From positions 12,316 to 76,315 of the forward strand of contig JAHLLG010000006.1 of NCBI GenBank assembly GCA_020444275.1: a stretch of DNA of 64,000 nt, read 5' to 3'. A program made the translations under genes and the position numbers. The notes beneath the pieces are model-generated. The model was not told the origin of the DNA. It made no database searches and saw only the letters and a program-made list of their open reading frames with translations. The DNA comes from Bacteroidota bacterium. Lineage in GTDB: Bacteria; Bacteroidota; Bacteroidia; Bacteroidales; UBA12077. Positions 16,489 to 28,200 of the stretch are shown piece after piece; the first letter of the stretch is position 1, and every line of letters begins with the position of its first letter.

Positions 16489-18924
16489 ATGAGCAAACTG
16501 CATTCATATGAAGATTTGCAGAACAGGATATCATACCTGGAAAATGAACTTGCCAAAGTAAAATCAAGTAACCTTTCTCCAAAATTTGATTTAGAACCAC
16601 ACTTGTTTTATGAAATTTGCGAAAACTCAAAAAATGCTATTGCGGTATTTGAAGCCAAAAATAATGGTAGTAAATTCATTATTAAATATTTGAATTTCAA
16701 AGCAGAAGAAGTTGAGTCTGTACAAAGAAATCAAATTATTGGTACAGATTTAACCGAATCATTTCCTTCTGTAAAACGCACCGGCTTTTTAAAAACCTTA
16801 AAAAGTGTCTATAAAAATAACAAGCCTGAAGATTTCCCGGCAATCAGGCTCTCTTCAGGCAAAATAATAGAATGGAAACAAAATTATATTTACAAACTAA
16901 CCGATTTATTATTGGTAAGTATTTATGTTGATGAGACAGAACACAAAACCAGGGAAGTGGAGCTTTTCGAACATCGTGAAAAGCTCCAGATAGCAATGGA
17001 AGCGGCAAAATATTATGCATACGAAATTAATTTTAAAACAGATAAAATTACAACCGATAAAGAGCTTTATTTGCATCTAGGATATTCGCATAACGAATCG
17101 GTGGAGTTATTAAAAAAAGCAGGTAGTTTAATTCATCCCGAAGATTTTAAGCAGGCAAGAATGTTAATATCCAAACATTCAAGAAATCTAAAACCTTCCC
17201 TGATAACCGAATTCAGAATAAAAAACAAAGCAGGACAATGGATCTGGTTCAGCGCAAACGGTAAAATTATTGAGTACGACAAAAGATCTGAGCCACTGCG
17301 TTTTGTGGGTTTGCTAAAAAACATACAGAATGAAAAAGAGGTTTTTCTAAAATTGCGGGAAAGCGAGGAAATATTTCGACAATTATCTGAAAACATTGAT
17401 GATGCCTTCTGGCTGCATACTTTGGATGAAAAAATTATTTATGCTAATCCGGCTTGTTACAAAATAGTAGGAACTAATATCAAAGAAATTTTTGAAGATT
17501 TTGATTTATATATTCAATGGGTCCACCCTGACGATCGAAAAGATATTCTTAAAAAACGAAAAAAAAATCAGGTTAAACAGGAAACAATTCATTTTTATGA
17601 ACACCGTATTATTAATCAGGATAAAGAAGTTCGCTGGCTTTGGATAAGAACATTTCCCGTTTATAACTCCAATGGTAAACTTTACCGCAGAGCCGGTATA
17701 GCAAGTGATATTACAGCGCAAAAAAACTTAATGAACGACTTGTTGGTTGCTAAAGAAAAAGCCGAAGAAAGTGATAATTTAAAATCGGCGTTTCTGGCAA
17801 ATATGTCGCACGAGATTAGAACTCCCATGAACGGTATAATTGGGTTTGCAGAGCTTTTAAAGGACGAAGACCTTACCGAAGAAGACAAATCGCATTACTT
17901 GCGGATTATCGACTCCAATAGTAAACAACTTCTTAATCTTATTAATGATATTATTGATGTGGCTAAAATTGAAGCCGGACAGTTAACACTTAAAAAAACC
18001 ACGGCAGAAATCAACCCCATGCTTCATGAAGTTTTTCAGATGTTTAAAGAAGAACAAAAGCGACATAAAAAAGAACATCTAAAATTTAATCTAATACTAC
18101 CCGAAACAAACAATAATATCATCTTCACAGATGTATTTCGTTTAAAGCAAATTTTACAAAATTTGTTAAGCAATGCATTTAAATTTACCGAAACAGGTAC
18201 CATTAATTTTGGTTATATTCCTCTTTCCGAAAATGGAAAATCCTACTACCAGTTCTTTGTATCAGATTCCGGAATAGGTATTCCGGAAAATATGATTCAT
18301 TTCATTTTTGAGCGTTTTGGACAGGTGCAACCTCAGCGTTATAAAAACAAACATGGTACAGGATTAGGATTAGCTATCTCTAAAGGATTAATTGAATTAT
18401 TAGGAGGTAAAATATGGGTAGAGTCCGAAACATATGATCCGGTAAATAAAAAACCGGGACACTCTACTTTTTACTTTACAGTTCCAATTAATAAACTACA
18501 AAGTTTTAATAGTGCATCTAAAATGGAAAACACAGACAAAAAAGAGATGAAAGATCTAAAGAATGTTAGCATTTTGATTGTTGAAGATGACGCAGACAAC
18601 CTGGAATTTTTGCGTAGATTAATTCTTAAATTTGGTGCTCAGGTTGTCATTGCTAAAAATGGCGAAGATGCCATTAAAGCAGTTGAAACCGATGATCAAA
18701 TTAAACTTGTTTTAATGGATATCCGCTTACCCGACATCGATGGATTTGAGACAACCCAACGAATAAAAGAAATTAACCCACAGCTGCCGGTTATCGCTCA
18801 AACCGCTTATGCCATGTATAACGACCGTGAAATATGTCTTGAAAACGGTTGCGATGATTACATGGCCAAACCCTTGAATAAAGATATTTTATTTAAAAAA
18901 ATAAATCATTACATTTACAATTAA
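16489..18924 (+). CDS. Hybrid PAS sensor histidine kinase / response regulator
   Basis: N-terminal coiled coil and PAS/PAC repeats. H-box FLANMSHEIRTPMNGI, ATPase GTGLGLAI, C-terminal receiver ILIVEDDADN...MDIRLPDIDG. Confidence 0.9.
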   Translation: MSKLHSYEDLQNRISYLENELAKVKSSNLSPKFDLEPHLFYEICENSKNAIAVFEAKNNGSKFIIKYLNFKAEEVESVQRNQIIGTDLTESFPSVKRTGFLKTLKSVYKNNKPEDFPAIRLSSGKIIEWKQNYIYKLTDLLLVSIYVDETEHKTREVELFEHREKLQIAMEAAKYYAYEINFKTDKITTDKELYLHLGYSHNESVELLKKAGSLIHPEDFKQARMLISKHSRNLKPSLITEFRIKNKAGQWIWFSANGKIIEYDKRSEPLRFVGLLKNIQNEKEVFLKLRESEEIFRQLSENIDDAFWLHTLDEKIIYANPACYKIVGTNIKEIFEDFDLYIQWVHPDDRKDILKKRKKNQVKQETIHFYEHRIINQDKEVRWLWIRTFPVYNSNGKLYRRAGIASDITAQKNLMNDLLVAKEKAEESDNLKSAFLANMSHEIRTPMNGIIGFAELLKDEDLTEEDKSHYLRIIDSNSKQLLNLINDIIDVAKIEAGQLTLKKTTAEINPMLHEVFQMFKEEQKRHKKEHLKFNLILPETNNNIIFTDVFRLKQILQNLLSNAFKFTETGTINFGYIPLSENGKSYYQFFVSDSGIGIPENMIHFIFERFGQVQPQRYKNKHGTGLGLAISKGLIELLGGKIWVESETYDPVNKKPGHSTFYFTVPINKLQSFNSASKMENTDKKEMKDLKNVSILIVEDDADNLEFLRRLILKFGAQVVIAKNGEDAIKAVETDDQIKLVLMDIRLPDIDGFETTQRIKEINPQLPVIAQTAYAMYNDREICLENGCDDYMAKPLNKDILFKKINHYIYN

Positions 18925-18934
18925 AAGAAACATT

Positions 18935-19264
18935 ATGCAGAAATCACTCATAATAGGCTTATTATCAGCACTAATACTGGTAATATTCGCACTTAAGAAC
19001 AGTACATCGGTTGAACTTGATTTTATTATTGGAAAACCCGTACAAGGTTCATTATCACTAATATTACTAGTAACTATTATCATTGGTATTTTTGTCGGAC
19101 TGCTACTATCATTTCCAACTGTAAAAAAATTAAAAGATATCATATCCGATAATAAAACAGAAATTGCAAAATTAAGCGGAGTACTTGAAGAGTATAAAAA
19201 AGAGTATGGTACAAAAAAAATTAAGGATGAAGAAAAGGAAGATGAACCCAAAGAAAAAAATTAA
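18935..19264 (+). CDS. LapA-domain (DUF1049-like) small membrane protein
   Basis: Two TM helices flank SVELDFIIGKPVQGSLSL, with a charged K/E tail. It starts 10 nt after the kinase stop. Confidence 0.55.
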   Translation: MQKSLIIGLLSALILVIFALKNSTSVELDFIIGKPVQGSLSLILLVTIIIGIFVGLLLSFPTVKKLKDIISDNKTEIAKLSGVLEEYKKEYGTKKIKDEEKEDEPKEKN

Positions 19265-19698
19265 TCTTTCGATTCTTTGAGTCGTCTTGTTTCTACATAA
19301 TACCCTCTTTTTTTCCAGGAAATTAATCCTCCTTGCAGGTTAAATACATTAGTGAACTTTAAATCATTACATACAATCTGGGCAGCAACTTTGCTTCGGG
19401 TACCCTCTTCACAATATATGACAATAATTTGTTCTTTATCTACTTGATGTAATAAATCCTTTAATGCCCTGCTATCAGATGCTAAAAAAGCGTTTTCAAT
19501 TCTCTCCTTTCGATATTCCCTGTTTAATCTAACATCAATAAGTAATACATCTTTTGTTTCAGTAATCAACCTCAAATCATTGCAGTTTATTTCACTATAA
19601 CATTGATTTTCTGTTTTTTGTGCAGAAACATTACTGCTAAATATGATCAAAAATAGTATACCAATAATGTTATATTTCATAACTTTATACATAAGCAC
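19261..19698 (-). CDS. Rhodanese-domain protein, secreted
   Basis: Signal peptide; LLIDVR...EY...I.NA; active-site loop YCEEGTRS. Alternative start at 19680. Confidence 0.75.
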   Translation of the reverse strand: MLMYKVMKYNIIGILFLIIFSSNVSAQKTENQCYSEINCNDLRLITETKDVLLIDVRLNREYRKERIENAFLASDSRALKDLLHQVDKEQIIVIYCEEGTRSKVAAQIVCNDLKFTNVFNLQGGLISWKKRGYYVETRRLKESKD

Positions 19699-19778
19699 CT
19701 TGCTACAAAAGTATACTATTAATTCTATTTTAATGAGAGTATTCGTAATTTTACATGTATAATAAATCCTTATGCATT

Positions 19779-21056
19779 ATGAAAATAGGAATCATTATTG
19801 GCAGAATTGGTGGCGTTGACGGTGTAGCTCTTGAAACCGAAAAGTGGATTGAAGTACTCCAAAAAATGGGTCACGAAATATTTATCATTTCAGGACAATT
19901 TGAAGGCCGTAAAATAGATTGTGCCCACGAAACACGTGTTCCGGAAATGTCATTTTTTTCGCCAGAAAGTTACTGGGAGCAAAAAAAGGCCTTTTTCCAT
20001 CCGGATTATGATCAGGACGATTTACTGGAACATATTCGACTTTACTCAAAAGTTATTGAAGTAAAAATCATTAATTGGATTCAAAAATTTGATCTTGATT
20101 TGCTGCTCTCTGAAAATGCATCCTGCCTTCCTTCGCACATATCAATGGGGATAGCCATTAAAAACGCAGTTATCAAAACCGGAAAACCAATTATTACGCA
20201 TGATCATGATTTTGCCTGGGAACGTGGTGATCGGTATGTTTCACCACATCCAAAAATTAATGAATTTGTCGAGAATGAATTTCCGCTGCGTTTACCCAAT
20301 AGTTATCATGCAGTTATTAATTTGCATGCGCAGAATACGCTAAAGGAAAAGTTTAATCGTAATTCAATCGTTGTGCCCAACGTAATGGATTTTAGTAAAC
20401 CATATGCAGAAATAACTGATTTTAATAAGGATTTAAAACAAGATCTGGGGTTAAGTAAAGAAGATATCCTGTTATTCCAGATTACCCGTATAGTGCGTCG
20501 AAAAGGAATTGAAACTGCCATTAAATTAATAGATAAACTACATGACAGTAAAGTAAAGCTTATTATTACCGGAAACTACGCCGACGATGCCGGAAGTGAG
20601 TATTATATGGAACTTGTAGATTTAATTCACGATTTAAAACTGAGTAAACAAGTGCAGTTTGCTTACCACAGTTTTACCAATAAAGGAGCATCGGGTAAAG
20701 CAAAAAATTATTCTCTTTCTGATGCCTATGCTCATGCCAAAGCATGTACCTATTTTAGCACGTACGAAGGGTTTGGTAATGCATTTGTAGAAGCAGTTTT
20801 AGCAAAACGTCCTATATTTGTAAACAACTACAAACCTGTATATTGGCCTGATATTGGCAGTAAAGGATTTAAAACAGTAATGCTTGAAGATAACAATATA
20901 ACCGACTCTGCACTTAAAGATATGCAAGAGATTATTTATAACGATCAGCTCAATCGTGAAATTGCAGAATATAATTACGCTTTAGGTAAAAAGTTTTTCT
21001 CCTATGATACCTTAGAAGAAAAATTAACCGAATTAATTAAACTTGCAAAAAGCTAA
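19779..21056 (+). CDS. GT-B fold glycosyltransferase (GT4-like)
   Basis: MKIGIIIGRIGGVDGVALETEKW, THDHDFAWERG, and the donor-site region STYEGFGNAFVEAVLAKRPIFV. The ORF opens at 19755, but the ATG at 19779 fits the family N-terminus. Confidence 0.7.
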   Translation: MKIGIIIGRIGGVDGVALETEKWIEVLQKMGHEIFIISGQFEGRKIDCAHETRVPEMSFFSPESYWEQKKAFFHPDYDQDDLLEHIRLYSKVIEVKIINWIQKFDLDLLLSENASCLPSHISMGIAIKNAVIKTGKPIITHDHDFAWERGDRYVSPHPKINEFVENEFPLRLPNSYHAVINLHAQNTLKEKFNRNSIVVPNVMDFSKPYAEITDFNKDLKQDLGLSKEDILLFQITRIVRRKGIETAIKLIDKLHDSKVKLIITGNYADDAGSEYYMELVDLIHDLKLSKQVQFAYHSFTNKGASGKAKNYSLSDAYAHAKACTYFSTYEGFGNAFVEAVLAKRPIFVNNYKPVYWPDIGSKGFKTVMLEDNNITDSALKDMQEIIYNDQLNREIAEYNYALGKKFFSYDTLEEKLTELIKLAKS

Positions 21057-21057
21057 T

Positions 21058-21411
21058 TTATAGACATTTAAGAACCGCATTTGGCGATATTTCTTCTTTA
21101 ACAATATAGTTGCGGGCTCCGGCCTCAAGCATAACTTTTATGTCGTCAAGTTCTGAATGGAATGAAACGGCAATAACTTTAATATGCCTGTATTGATCTA
21201 CAATTTTCTTTGTAGCAGCAACACCATCCATAACGGGCATTTGTTTATCCATAAAAACGATATCAACAGATTCTTTGCTGATTACCTCTAAACATTGCTC
21301 TCCATTCTCAGCTTCATATAATTGTTCGTACTGATCGGCTAAATTTTCCTCAAACATAAATTTAAAAGCCTCTCGGAACTCTTTGTTATCATCAACAATT
21401 AATATATTCAT
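21058..21411 (-). CDS. Single-domain response regulator (receiver only)
   Basis: 117 aa. ILIVDDN, phospho-acceptor FMDKQMPVMDG, and a conserved K in NYIVKEE. No output domain. Confidence 0.85.
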   Translation of the reverse strand: MNILIVDDNKEFREAFKFMFEENLADQYEQLYEAENGEQCLEVISKESVDIVFMDKQMPVMDGVAATKKIVDQYRHIKVIAVSFHSELDDIKVMLEAGARNYIVKEEISPNAVLKCL

Positions 21412-21415
21412 ACTA

Positions 21416-24034
21416 TTATTTTTTTTGTATTTCCTTGGTTAATATAAACTGAAAACCCTTGTTTTTATCTGTTATGATTTCATACTTACCATCAATGGTT
21501 TTTACCCTGTTATCTATGTTGTTTAATCCTAAACCTTTTGTTTTACAACTTGTTAATATCTTTGGATTCATACCTATTCCATTATCGCGATAATCTAAGA
21601 TCAATTTTTGATCAGTATACTCCATTTTAATAGTAACCTTACTTGCATTTGCATGTTTGATAGTATTATTTATCAACTCTTTTAAGATTCGATAAAATAC
21701 TGTTTCAATCTTAATTCCAAATCGCTCATTATTTATGTTTGTGTTTAAATCAATCTTAATGATTTCTTTTTGAGTTTTGATAAATGACTTTATAGCAGAA
21801 ATTAATCCATAATTAGTTAACAAATTAGGACTTAAATCGTTGGATACCTCACGAATATTTACAATAGTTTCCTTAATTAAATCCTGTAATTTTCCTTTTA
21901 TAAATTCTTCTTTTCCCGATTTTTCGTTAATCATTTCGATATACATTTTTAAACTGGACAGTAATGGTCCAACCTCATCATGTATATCACTTGCCAGTCT
22001 TTGTCTCTCTTTTTCTTCGGTTTCGATCATAACATCGAATATACGCTGCTCTAACTGTTTACGTTCCGTTATATTTCTAATAATAGATAAGATAGCCCTT
22101 TCGCCTTCGTAATTTATTAATTTACTGTTACCTTCAAACAATATTTCTTTTCCATCCTTAGATATCATTTTAAATTCCCGGGGTGCTATTTTTTTTCCAT
22201 TTAATAATTGCTGTATACGTTCTTCAATGCTTTTCCAATCTTTTTCGCCAATAATTACTTTTGGTGATTTATTAATCACTGAATCAACACTATATCCCAG
22301 CTGCTTCTCAATGGCCTGATTAATATTAATTATTTTTGCGTCGGAGTTAATAATCATAATAATATCCTTACTGCTATGATAGATATTACTAATTTTTTCC
22401 TCACTTCTTTTCAATAATTCTTCGGCATGTTTTCTTTCCGTAATATCCTCAACAATTCCTAGTCCTGAAATAATTTGATTTTGCTTATCACGAATTCCAT
22501 TAAATAGTACCCTTACGTAATTTCTTTTATTTGCAGTAACCGATTGGTATAAATCTTCGTAGTACGCTTCTCCTTTTGATAATGAATCCTTTACACACTT
22601 AACCAATTTTTTATCTTTTAGCTGAGTTATCATATTTAAACCAACCAATGCCGTTTTATTTGACCCGATAATTTTTACAAAATTTTCATTGCAATCGGTT
22701 ATTATTCCATTTACATCGTAATGAAAAATACCTAATGGTGAACTGTAAAAGATATTTCGATATTTTTCTTCACTTTCTATAAGTGCCCGTTCAATATGCT
22801 TTCTTTTTGTAACATCTCTGAACAAAGCCTGCATGCGTCCATCGTCAAGTATTTTAGTATTCATTTCGGTATGAATAATAGAACCATCCTTTCGTACGAG
22901 TTCTCGATCAGATATAACCGTTTCACCTTTCTTTACCAGATCGTAACGTAGAGGCTTTTTTGTTAAAATATCTTTGGTAAACAGTATTTTTATGTTTTTA
23001 CCTATTAGTTCGTCTTTTGAATATCCTGTTAGATTACAAATACTTTCATTGGCCTCTACAATTTCTCCATCTTTTATTCCAACCAATATACCATCTGCAG
23101 CTTGTTCAAAAAGTGTACTAAATTGTTTTTCACTCGCTTTTAACGATTTTTCGTACTGTTTTTGTTTGGTAATGTCTCGCCATACCGTAAAGATCATCTG
23201 TCGGCCTTTATATGGTATTTTAGTGAGCGAAATATCCATTACTATTTCATGTCCTTTCGTATTGATATGGATCCACTCAAAACGTTTAAAGCCTTCTTTA
23301 TAGGTTAAATCCATTAGTTCCTGGGCCTTTTCATACGATAATCGTCCGTCGGGTTGATGTTGTGGTGAAATTTGTGATGGATGAATCTTAAAAATATCTT
23401 CTTTTGATTTAAAGCCCAGCATATGAACAGCCGATTCATTGCACTCAACAAAATTATACCCATCTATAATAAGAATCGGATCATGTGATTTTTCAAAAAG
23501 TAGCCTGAATTTTTCTTCGCTTAATTTGAGTTCTCCGGTTCTCTCTTCTACAAGAAGCTCTAGTCGGTTTTTATAATTTCTTAATTCAATTTCTTTTTCT
23601 TTCTTTTCAGTTATATCATTAATAATTCTACCAACAAAACATGCATTTTCAGTTAATATGGGAAAAATTAGCAGATTAATATATTTTACCTTTGTTTTTG
23701 TAACGATCTCTGTTTCTAATGTTTCAGGTTTTTGATCTTTAATGTTTTTTAAATATTCTTTTTGTATTTTATATACCTTATTTATGAATTCTTTTTTTTG
23801 CTTTTCGTGTATGAAAAACTGCGGTTCAAAATCCCATATATGTTTACCAATAATATTCTCTTTTTCTACTTCATAAATGTGTAGCATAGCCTCATTGCAC
23901 TCCACAATTAATCCTTCCTCGTTAATTAAGGCAATTCCCTCTGATGATTGTCCTATAAAACCCTTAAATATATTTTCACTGCTTTTTGGAAATTCTTTTT
24001 TTATCAAACTACCAAAATCGTTGTTTGTATTCAT
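21416..24034 (-). CDS. Multi-PAS sensor histidine kinase, HisKA_3 type
   Basis: About five PAS/PAC modules (recurring ...RDITERK/DITKQK ends). H-box RLASDIHDEVGPLLSSL; ATPase NNTIKHA, DNGIGM, GLGLNN. Confidence 0.85.
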   Translation of the reverse strand: MNTNNDFGSLIKKEFPKSSENIFKGFIGQSSEGIALINEEGLIVECNEAMLHIYEVEKENIIGKHIWDFEPQFFIHEKQKKEFINKVYKIQKEYLKNIKDQKPETLETEIVTKTKVKYINLLIFPILTENACFVGRIINDITEKKEKEIELRNYKNRLELLVEERTGELKLSEEKFRLLFEKSHDPILIIDGYNFVECNESAVHMLGFKSKEDIFKIHPSQISPQHQPDGRLSYEKAQELMDLTYKEGFKRFEWIHINTKGHEIVMDISLTKIPYKGRQMIFTVWRDITKQKQYEKSLKASEKQFSTLFEQAADGILVGIKDGEIVEANESICNLTGYSKDELIGKNIKILFTKDILTKKPLRYDLVKKGETVISDRELVRKDGSIIHTEMNTKILDDGRMQALFRDVTKRKHIERALIESEEKYRNIFYSSPLGIFHYDVNGIITDCNENFVKIIGSNKTALVGLNMITQLKDKKLVKCVKDSLSKGEAYYEDLYQSVTANKRNYVRVLFNGIRDKQNQIISGLGIVEDITERKHAEELLKRSEEKISNIYHSSKDIIMIINSDAKIININQAIEKQLGYSVDSVINKSPKVIIGEKDWKSIEERIQQLLNGKKIAPREFKMISKDGKEILFEGNSKLINYEGERAILSIIRNITERKQLEQRIFDVMIETEEKERQRLASDIHDEVGPLLSSLKMYIEMINEKSGKEEFIKGKLQDLIKETIVNIREVSNDLSPNLLTNYGLISAIKSFIKTQKEIIKIDLNTNINNERFGIKIETVFYRILKELINNTIKHANASKVTIKMEYTDQKLILDYRDNGIGMNPKILTSCKTKGLGLNNIDNRVKTIDGKYEIITDKNKGFQFILTKEIQKK

Positions 24035-24090
24035 AATCTTTTATAGCTTCTATATTTTCTCGTTAAAATTCGTTTATCGAATATTAAGTT

Positions 24091-25230
24091 TTATACTATT
24101 AAAAAATTTTGCATAATATGATCAGAAATAAAAATTCCTTTTTCGCTTAAAAAATAATTTTGTCTATCCTGTTTCATTAAATTCTGATCTATATATTTTT
24201 TCGACTTTTTTATAAAATCGCTCAAATACTTTTCTCCAAATTTCTTTTTCAGTTTTTCGGTATTTAATCCCCACATTGTTCTTAATGAAGTAATGACAAA
24301 ATCATTATATTTTTCATTTTTTGATAAATTTTCCGTTTCCTTTACCAATTTTCCTTGAAATATTCCATCCATATATGCACGAATATCAGAAATATTCCAT
24401 TCTCGAGAAGTTAAATTATACGAATGTGCAGAAGGTCCTAATCCTAAATATTTTACATCCATCCAGTAATTTGTATTGTGAAACGAAATAGAACCGTCTT
24501 TAGCAAAATTTGAAATTTCATAGTGCACAAATCCATTTTTTGCTGTTAACTCCTTCAATTTTTTAAATTGATCTAAGCTTTCATTTTCGGACGGTAGATT
24601 TATTTTACCATTTTGGTAATATTTAAAAAAAAGCGTTTTGGGTTCAATGGTTAAATGATAAGCTGAAATATGCTGAATATTTAATGCTATTACTTTTTCT
24701 ATATTTTGCTTCCAGCTTTGCATAGATAAATTTGGCAGACCATAAATTAAATCTACACTTATATTTTCAAATCCCTGATCCTGTGCTGTTTGAACAGATT
24801 TTAGAGCTTGTTCTGCCGTATGACTCCGTCGCATAAGCAACAAGTCATCTGGTATAAACGATTGTACTCCAATACTTAACCGATTAATTCCAAGAGATTT
24901 AAGTCCTTTTAAATAACTCTCCTTTAAATCGTCTGGATTTGCTTCAAGTGTAATTTCGTTTTGTTCTTCAATCGTAAAGTTTTTATTTAATGCATTTAAT
25001 ATTTTATCAATTTCTTGAAGATCTAGCATTGATGGGGTGCCTCCACCAAAGTAAATGGTTTGAACCGAATCGGGAAATAAATAATCCTTTCGTAATTCTA
25101 TTTCTTTACAAATGGCCGTAACAAACTGCTCCTTATTCTTAACAGTTGCCACTGAATAAAAATCGCAGTATGCGCATTTACTTTTACAAAATGGTATATG
25201 TAAATAAATTCCTGCCAAATTATTCCTCAT
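24091..25230 (-). CDS. hemW: Radical SAM heme chaperone HemW (HemN-like, oxygen-independent coproporphyrinogen oxidase family)
   Basis: YLHIPFCKSKCAYCDFY (CxxxCxxC), GGGTPS, and a HemN_C-like tail. Confidence 0.85.
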   Translation of the reverse strand: MRNNLAGIYLHIPFCKSKCAYCDFYSVATVKNKEQFVTAICKEIELRKDYLFPDSVQTIYFGGGTPSMLDLQEIDKILNALNKNFTIEEQNEITLEANPDDLKESYLKGLKSLGINRLSIGVQSFIPDDLLLMRRSHTAEQALKSVQTAQDQGFENISVDLIYGLPNLSMQSWKQNIEKVIALNIQHISAYHLTIEPKTLFFKYYQNGKINLPSENESLDQFKKLKELTAKNGFVHYEISNFAKDGSISFHNTNYWMDVKYLGLGPSAHSYNLTSREWNISDIRAYMDGIFQGKLVKETENLSKNEKYNDFVITSLRTMWGLNTEKLKKKFGEKYLSDFIKKSKKYIDQNLMKQDRQNYFLSEKGIFISDHIMQNFLIV

Positions 25231-28200
25231 TTAAGTATCCCATAATAACATTCGAAACGGCTCTTGGTTCGGGTGGTAATGCATAAACATTTTCTTCGTA
25301 CTTACTATTATAAGGCGAAATATTTAATGTTTTTCCGTTAATCACTAATGTACTGCTACCACCCGGATCGAAACCCATGGCTTTTTGTATATCAAACTTT
25401 TTTAAGATATTAGCCATATCGTAATGTGTCGCTCCTACTGATTCTCTAATCCGTCCGTTTATTGTTAACACCACTAAGTTATTATTTTTATCGATACCTG
25501 CTGCTATTTTGGGTCCGCGCATATCGGTATAATCTAAACGTGCTGCCTGGGTTTTTATTGAATTATTTGTTTTCCAACCTTCAATTTCCATATCCAATAC
25601 TACTTCGCCATGGTTAATAAGCATGGGTCCGGCCTCTATTGCATAATCGTACTTTTCAATTCCTACAATCTCTAATTCTACTTCCTGCTCTTTTTCCCAA
25701 CTTTTAGGAAATTGTTCTTTAGGAATAACCAGAGTTAATCCTACCGGGATTATGCTAATATATTGTTTATCTTGTATTTGTATAATTTCTTTAATTATAT
25801 TTCCGGCCAATCGAACAACCACACAATTTTCAACTAAAATCTGTTCGCTTTTATGCATCAAATCATAGTATTTTGGTCCTGACAAACTATTTTCGTTATT
25901 ATACTGATCCTCAGAAAGCTCGATTCTATCTGTTCCACGTGAAACAATAACCCCCTTTGAACAGTTTACTTGTAAGATATTAACCTGATTATCTTTAAAA
26001 ACAATAGCAGGTTTATTAAAAAGTGGAGCACTGACCATTTTTTGGTTTGTTATTAATAAACCAAGTGGTGATCCAATATATGATTCGGGTAATCCTAGTT
26101 TTCCCACCAGCTCCGGATTTAAAATATATCCGCCATTCCATGCAATTTTTGGTGTATTACCAGATTTTTCGCTATACTCGTTAATAAAGTCTGTAACACG
26201 TTTTGTAACCTGGCTTGATTCTGCAATAAAATTCCAGTCATTCTGCTCCATATTTACTCTGGCTATTACACCATTCCAGGGCATTCTGTCGGAGTATATA
26301 CCACTTACATAATCATATGTAACTGCCTTTTTAGTTTTTGGTTTAGCTAATAAATCGTCAATAACTTTTTTGACTGGTGACATCTTTGTTTCTGCATCCT
26401 TCTTTAAAAACTCGAATACTGTTTCTTCGCCATATTTATCCATGGCATTCTTAAATTCGTCGCTCTTTATATAATCGCTAAAATCTTTTGCAGTTTGCAC
26501 TGGTGTTGGAAAGGCTAATGTTGTTCTTATTCCTGCTGGCACAAATTGTATAAATCCACTATCCATAGGAATACCCATAATTGCCTCAGTAAATTTATTT
26601 TCTACTTTGCCAATATGGAAACGATCAATATCAACAATATCAGTCATCACCGCTGCATCTTGTCGGTTGGTAATTATAAAACCCTGTTGCTCCTTAACTC
26701 TATTTAATATAGACAAACCTTCTCTCCCAATTTGATTAAAATGCACTCCAATACATAACTGATCTATTTCTATAACCTGAAGTATATTGTTTCTGAACAA
26801 TATTTTTAGTTCATCATCAATTCCTTGTACGATGTACTCTTTAATGCTTTGACTATTATAATTTTCAATAGTGGTAGTTTTACTGGCCATAATATATATC
26901 GGAGCAATATAGGCAGCATTTTTCTCAATCATTTCGTCGGTTAGTTCCTTTTCTATTCCCAGTTCCAGACGCGATCGAACAGCTTGTAACGCAAAAAATT
27001 CCAATTCGTTCTTAATATAGCTTCCCGGAAAATACGCAATGGGTACATTCGATTGTAATTTTTTTACCAGTTTTTTTCTGTCGTCTATTGCCAGATATGT
27101 GCTTGAGGTTAATTGTGATAATGCTAAATCCATATCCGTAAAGAAATGTGCATTTTCTTTTATGGTGCTTTTTTCTTCCGGATATAAAACCATATGAAAA
27201 AGTTGATTAATTAATCCGCTCAACTCCTGAATTGTAAACTCCTGGTATGGATAATAATTTTTGTTTCTGTGTCGATAAGGTAACGAATGATCATGTCTTA
27301 TTCTAACTTCTTCTTGCTTATATAAAAATATGTTTTCTACAGCGTGAAGAAAGCGTATAATTCTTTTTTCTGTAAACTCATCTTTTCGTCCTTCTAATAG
27401 TTTTCTGGCATACGTAAATGCCATACCTTTCATAAGTTGCTCTTCCACTCTAAAATAACTAGGATCAATTAACGATTTTAGCATTAGCATAAAATGTAAT
27501 CGTCCGTAACCGGGCAAGTACTCTCGATTCTCAGTGTGTAAAATATTCTGCAAATTTTCATCGGTGTAATTACATAATTGTTTGTATTCTGTAATGGCTT
27601 TTTTAACTATATTTTGGGCTCTTCTGTTCGATTTCATTTGCCTGTACATTCTATAACAAATTTCATCAATATTATTTGTTAAAGCATTTAAGCTATAACG
27701 CATGTCAACTACGTTCTGGTTATGTAATATTTCCTGTGCGAACTTATGAGGAAAGAAAACCCTGTTAATGATTTTGGTAACATGTTTTTTGGTTATGGTT
27801 TTGCCATTAAATTCAATAACATTTAATCTGCTTTCATAAGGTAAATGTTCACCAATAACTTCGGAATAAACATTTTCGGGATAATACCTGCTACAAAAAA
27901 TTGGTGTGCCGCAGGCTGTAGCTTCAATAATTGGTAATCCTCTACCCTCTGTTTTACTTGGCAACAATATTAATGAAGCAATATTGTACAACTCTGGTAT
28001 TCCTGCAGGATTTTCAAAATGTTTTTTAAATTTTTCTTTATCCAGTTCACTAAATAAAAATGCCAGATACACTTTATTTTTTACCTCTTCGTCTAAATAA
28101 TCTAAAAGTTCTTTAAATGTTTTTACCAGATTTTTAAAATATTTGTAATGTCCTGCGGCAATTGGACCTGTAATGAGTATTGTAAGTTTCAAGTGTTTTG

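Noticed and set aside
18889-19251. ORF 18889..19251 (-), 120 aa
   Set aside because: It is a serine-rich, low-complexity peptide antisense to the lapA-like ORF, which has a coherent two-TM architecture and tight spacing to the upstream kinase.
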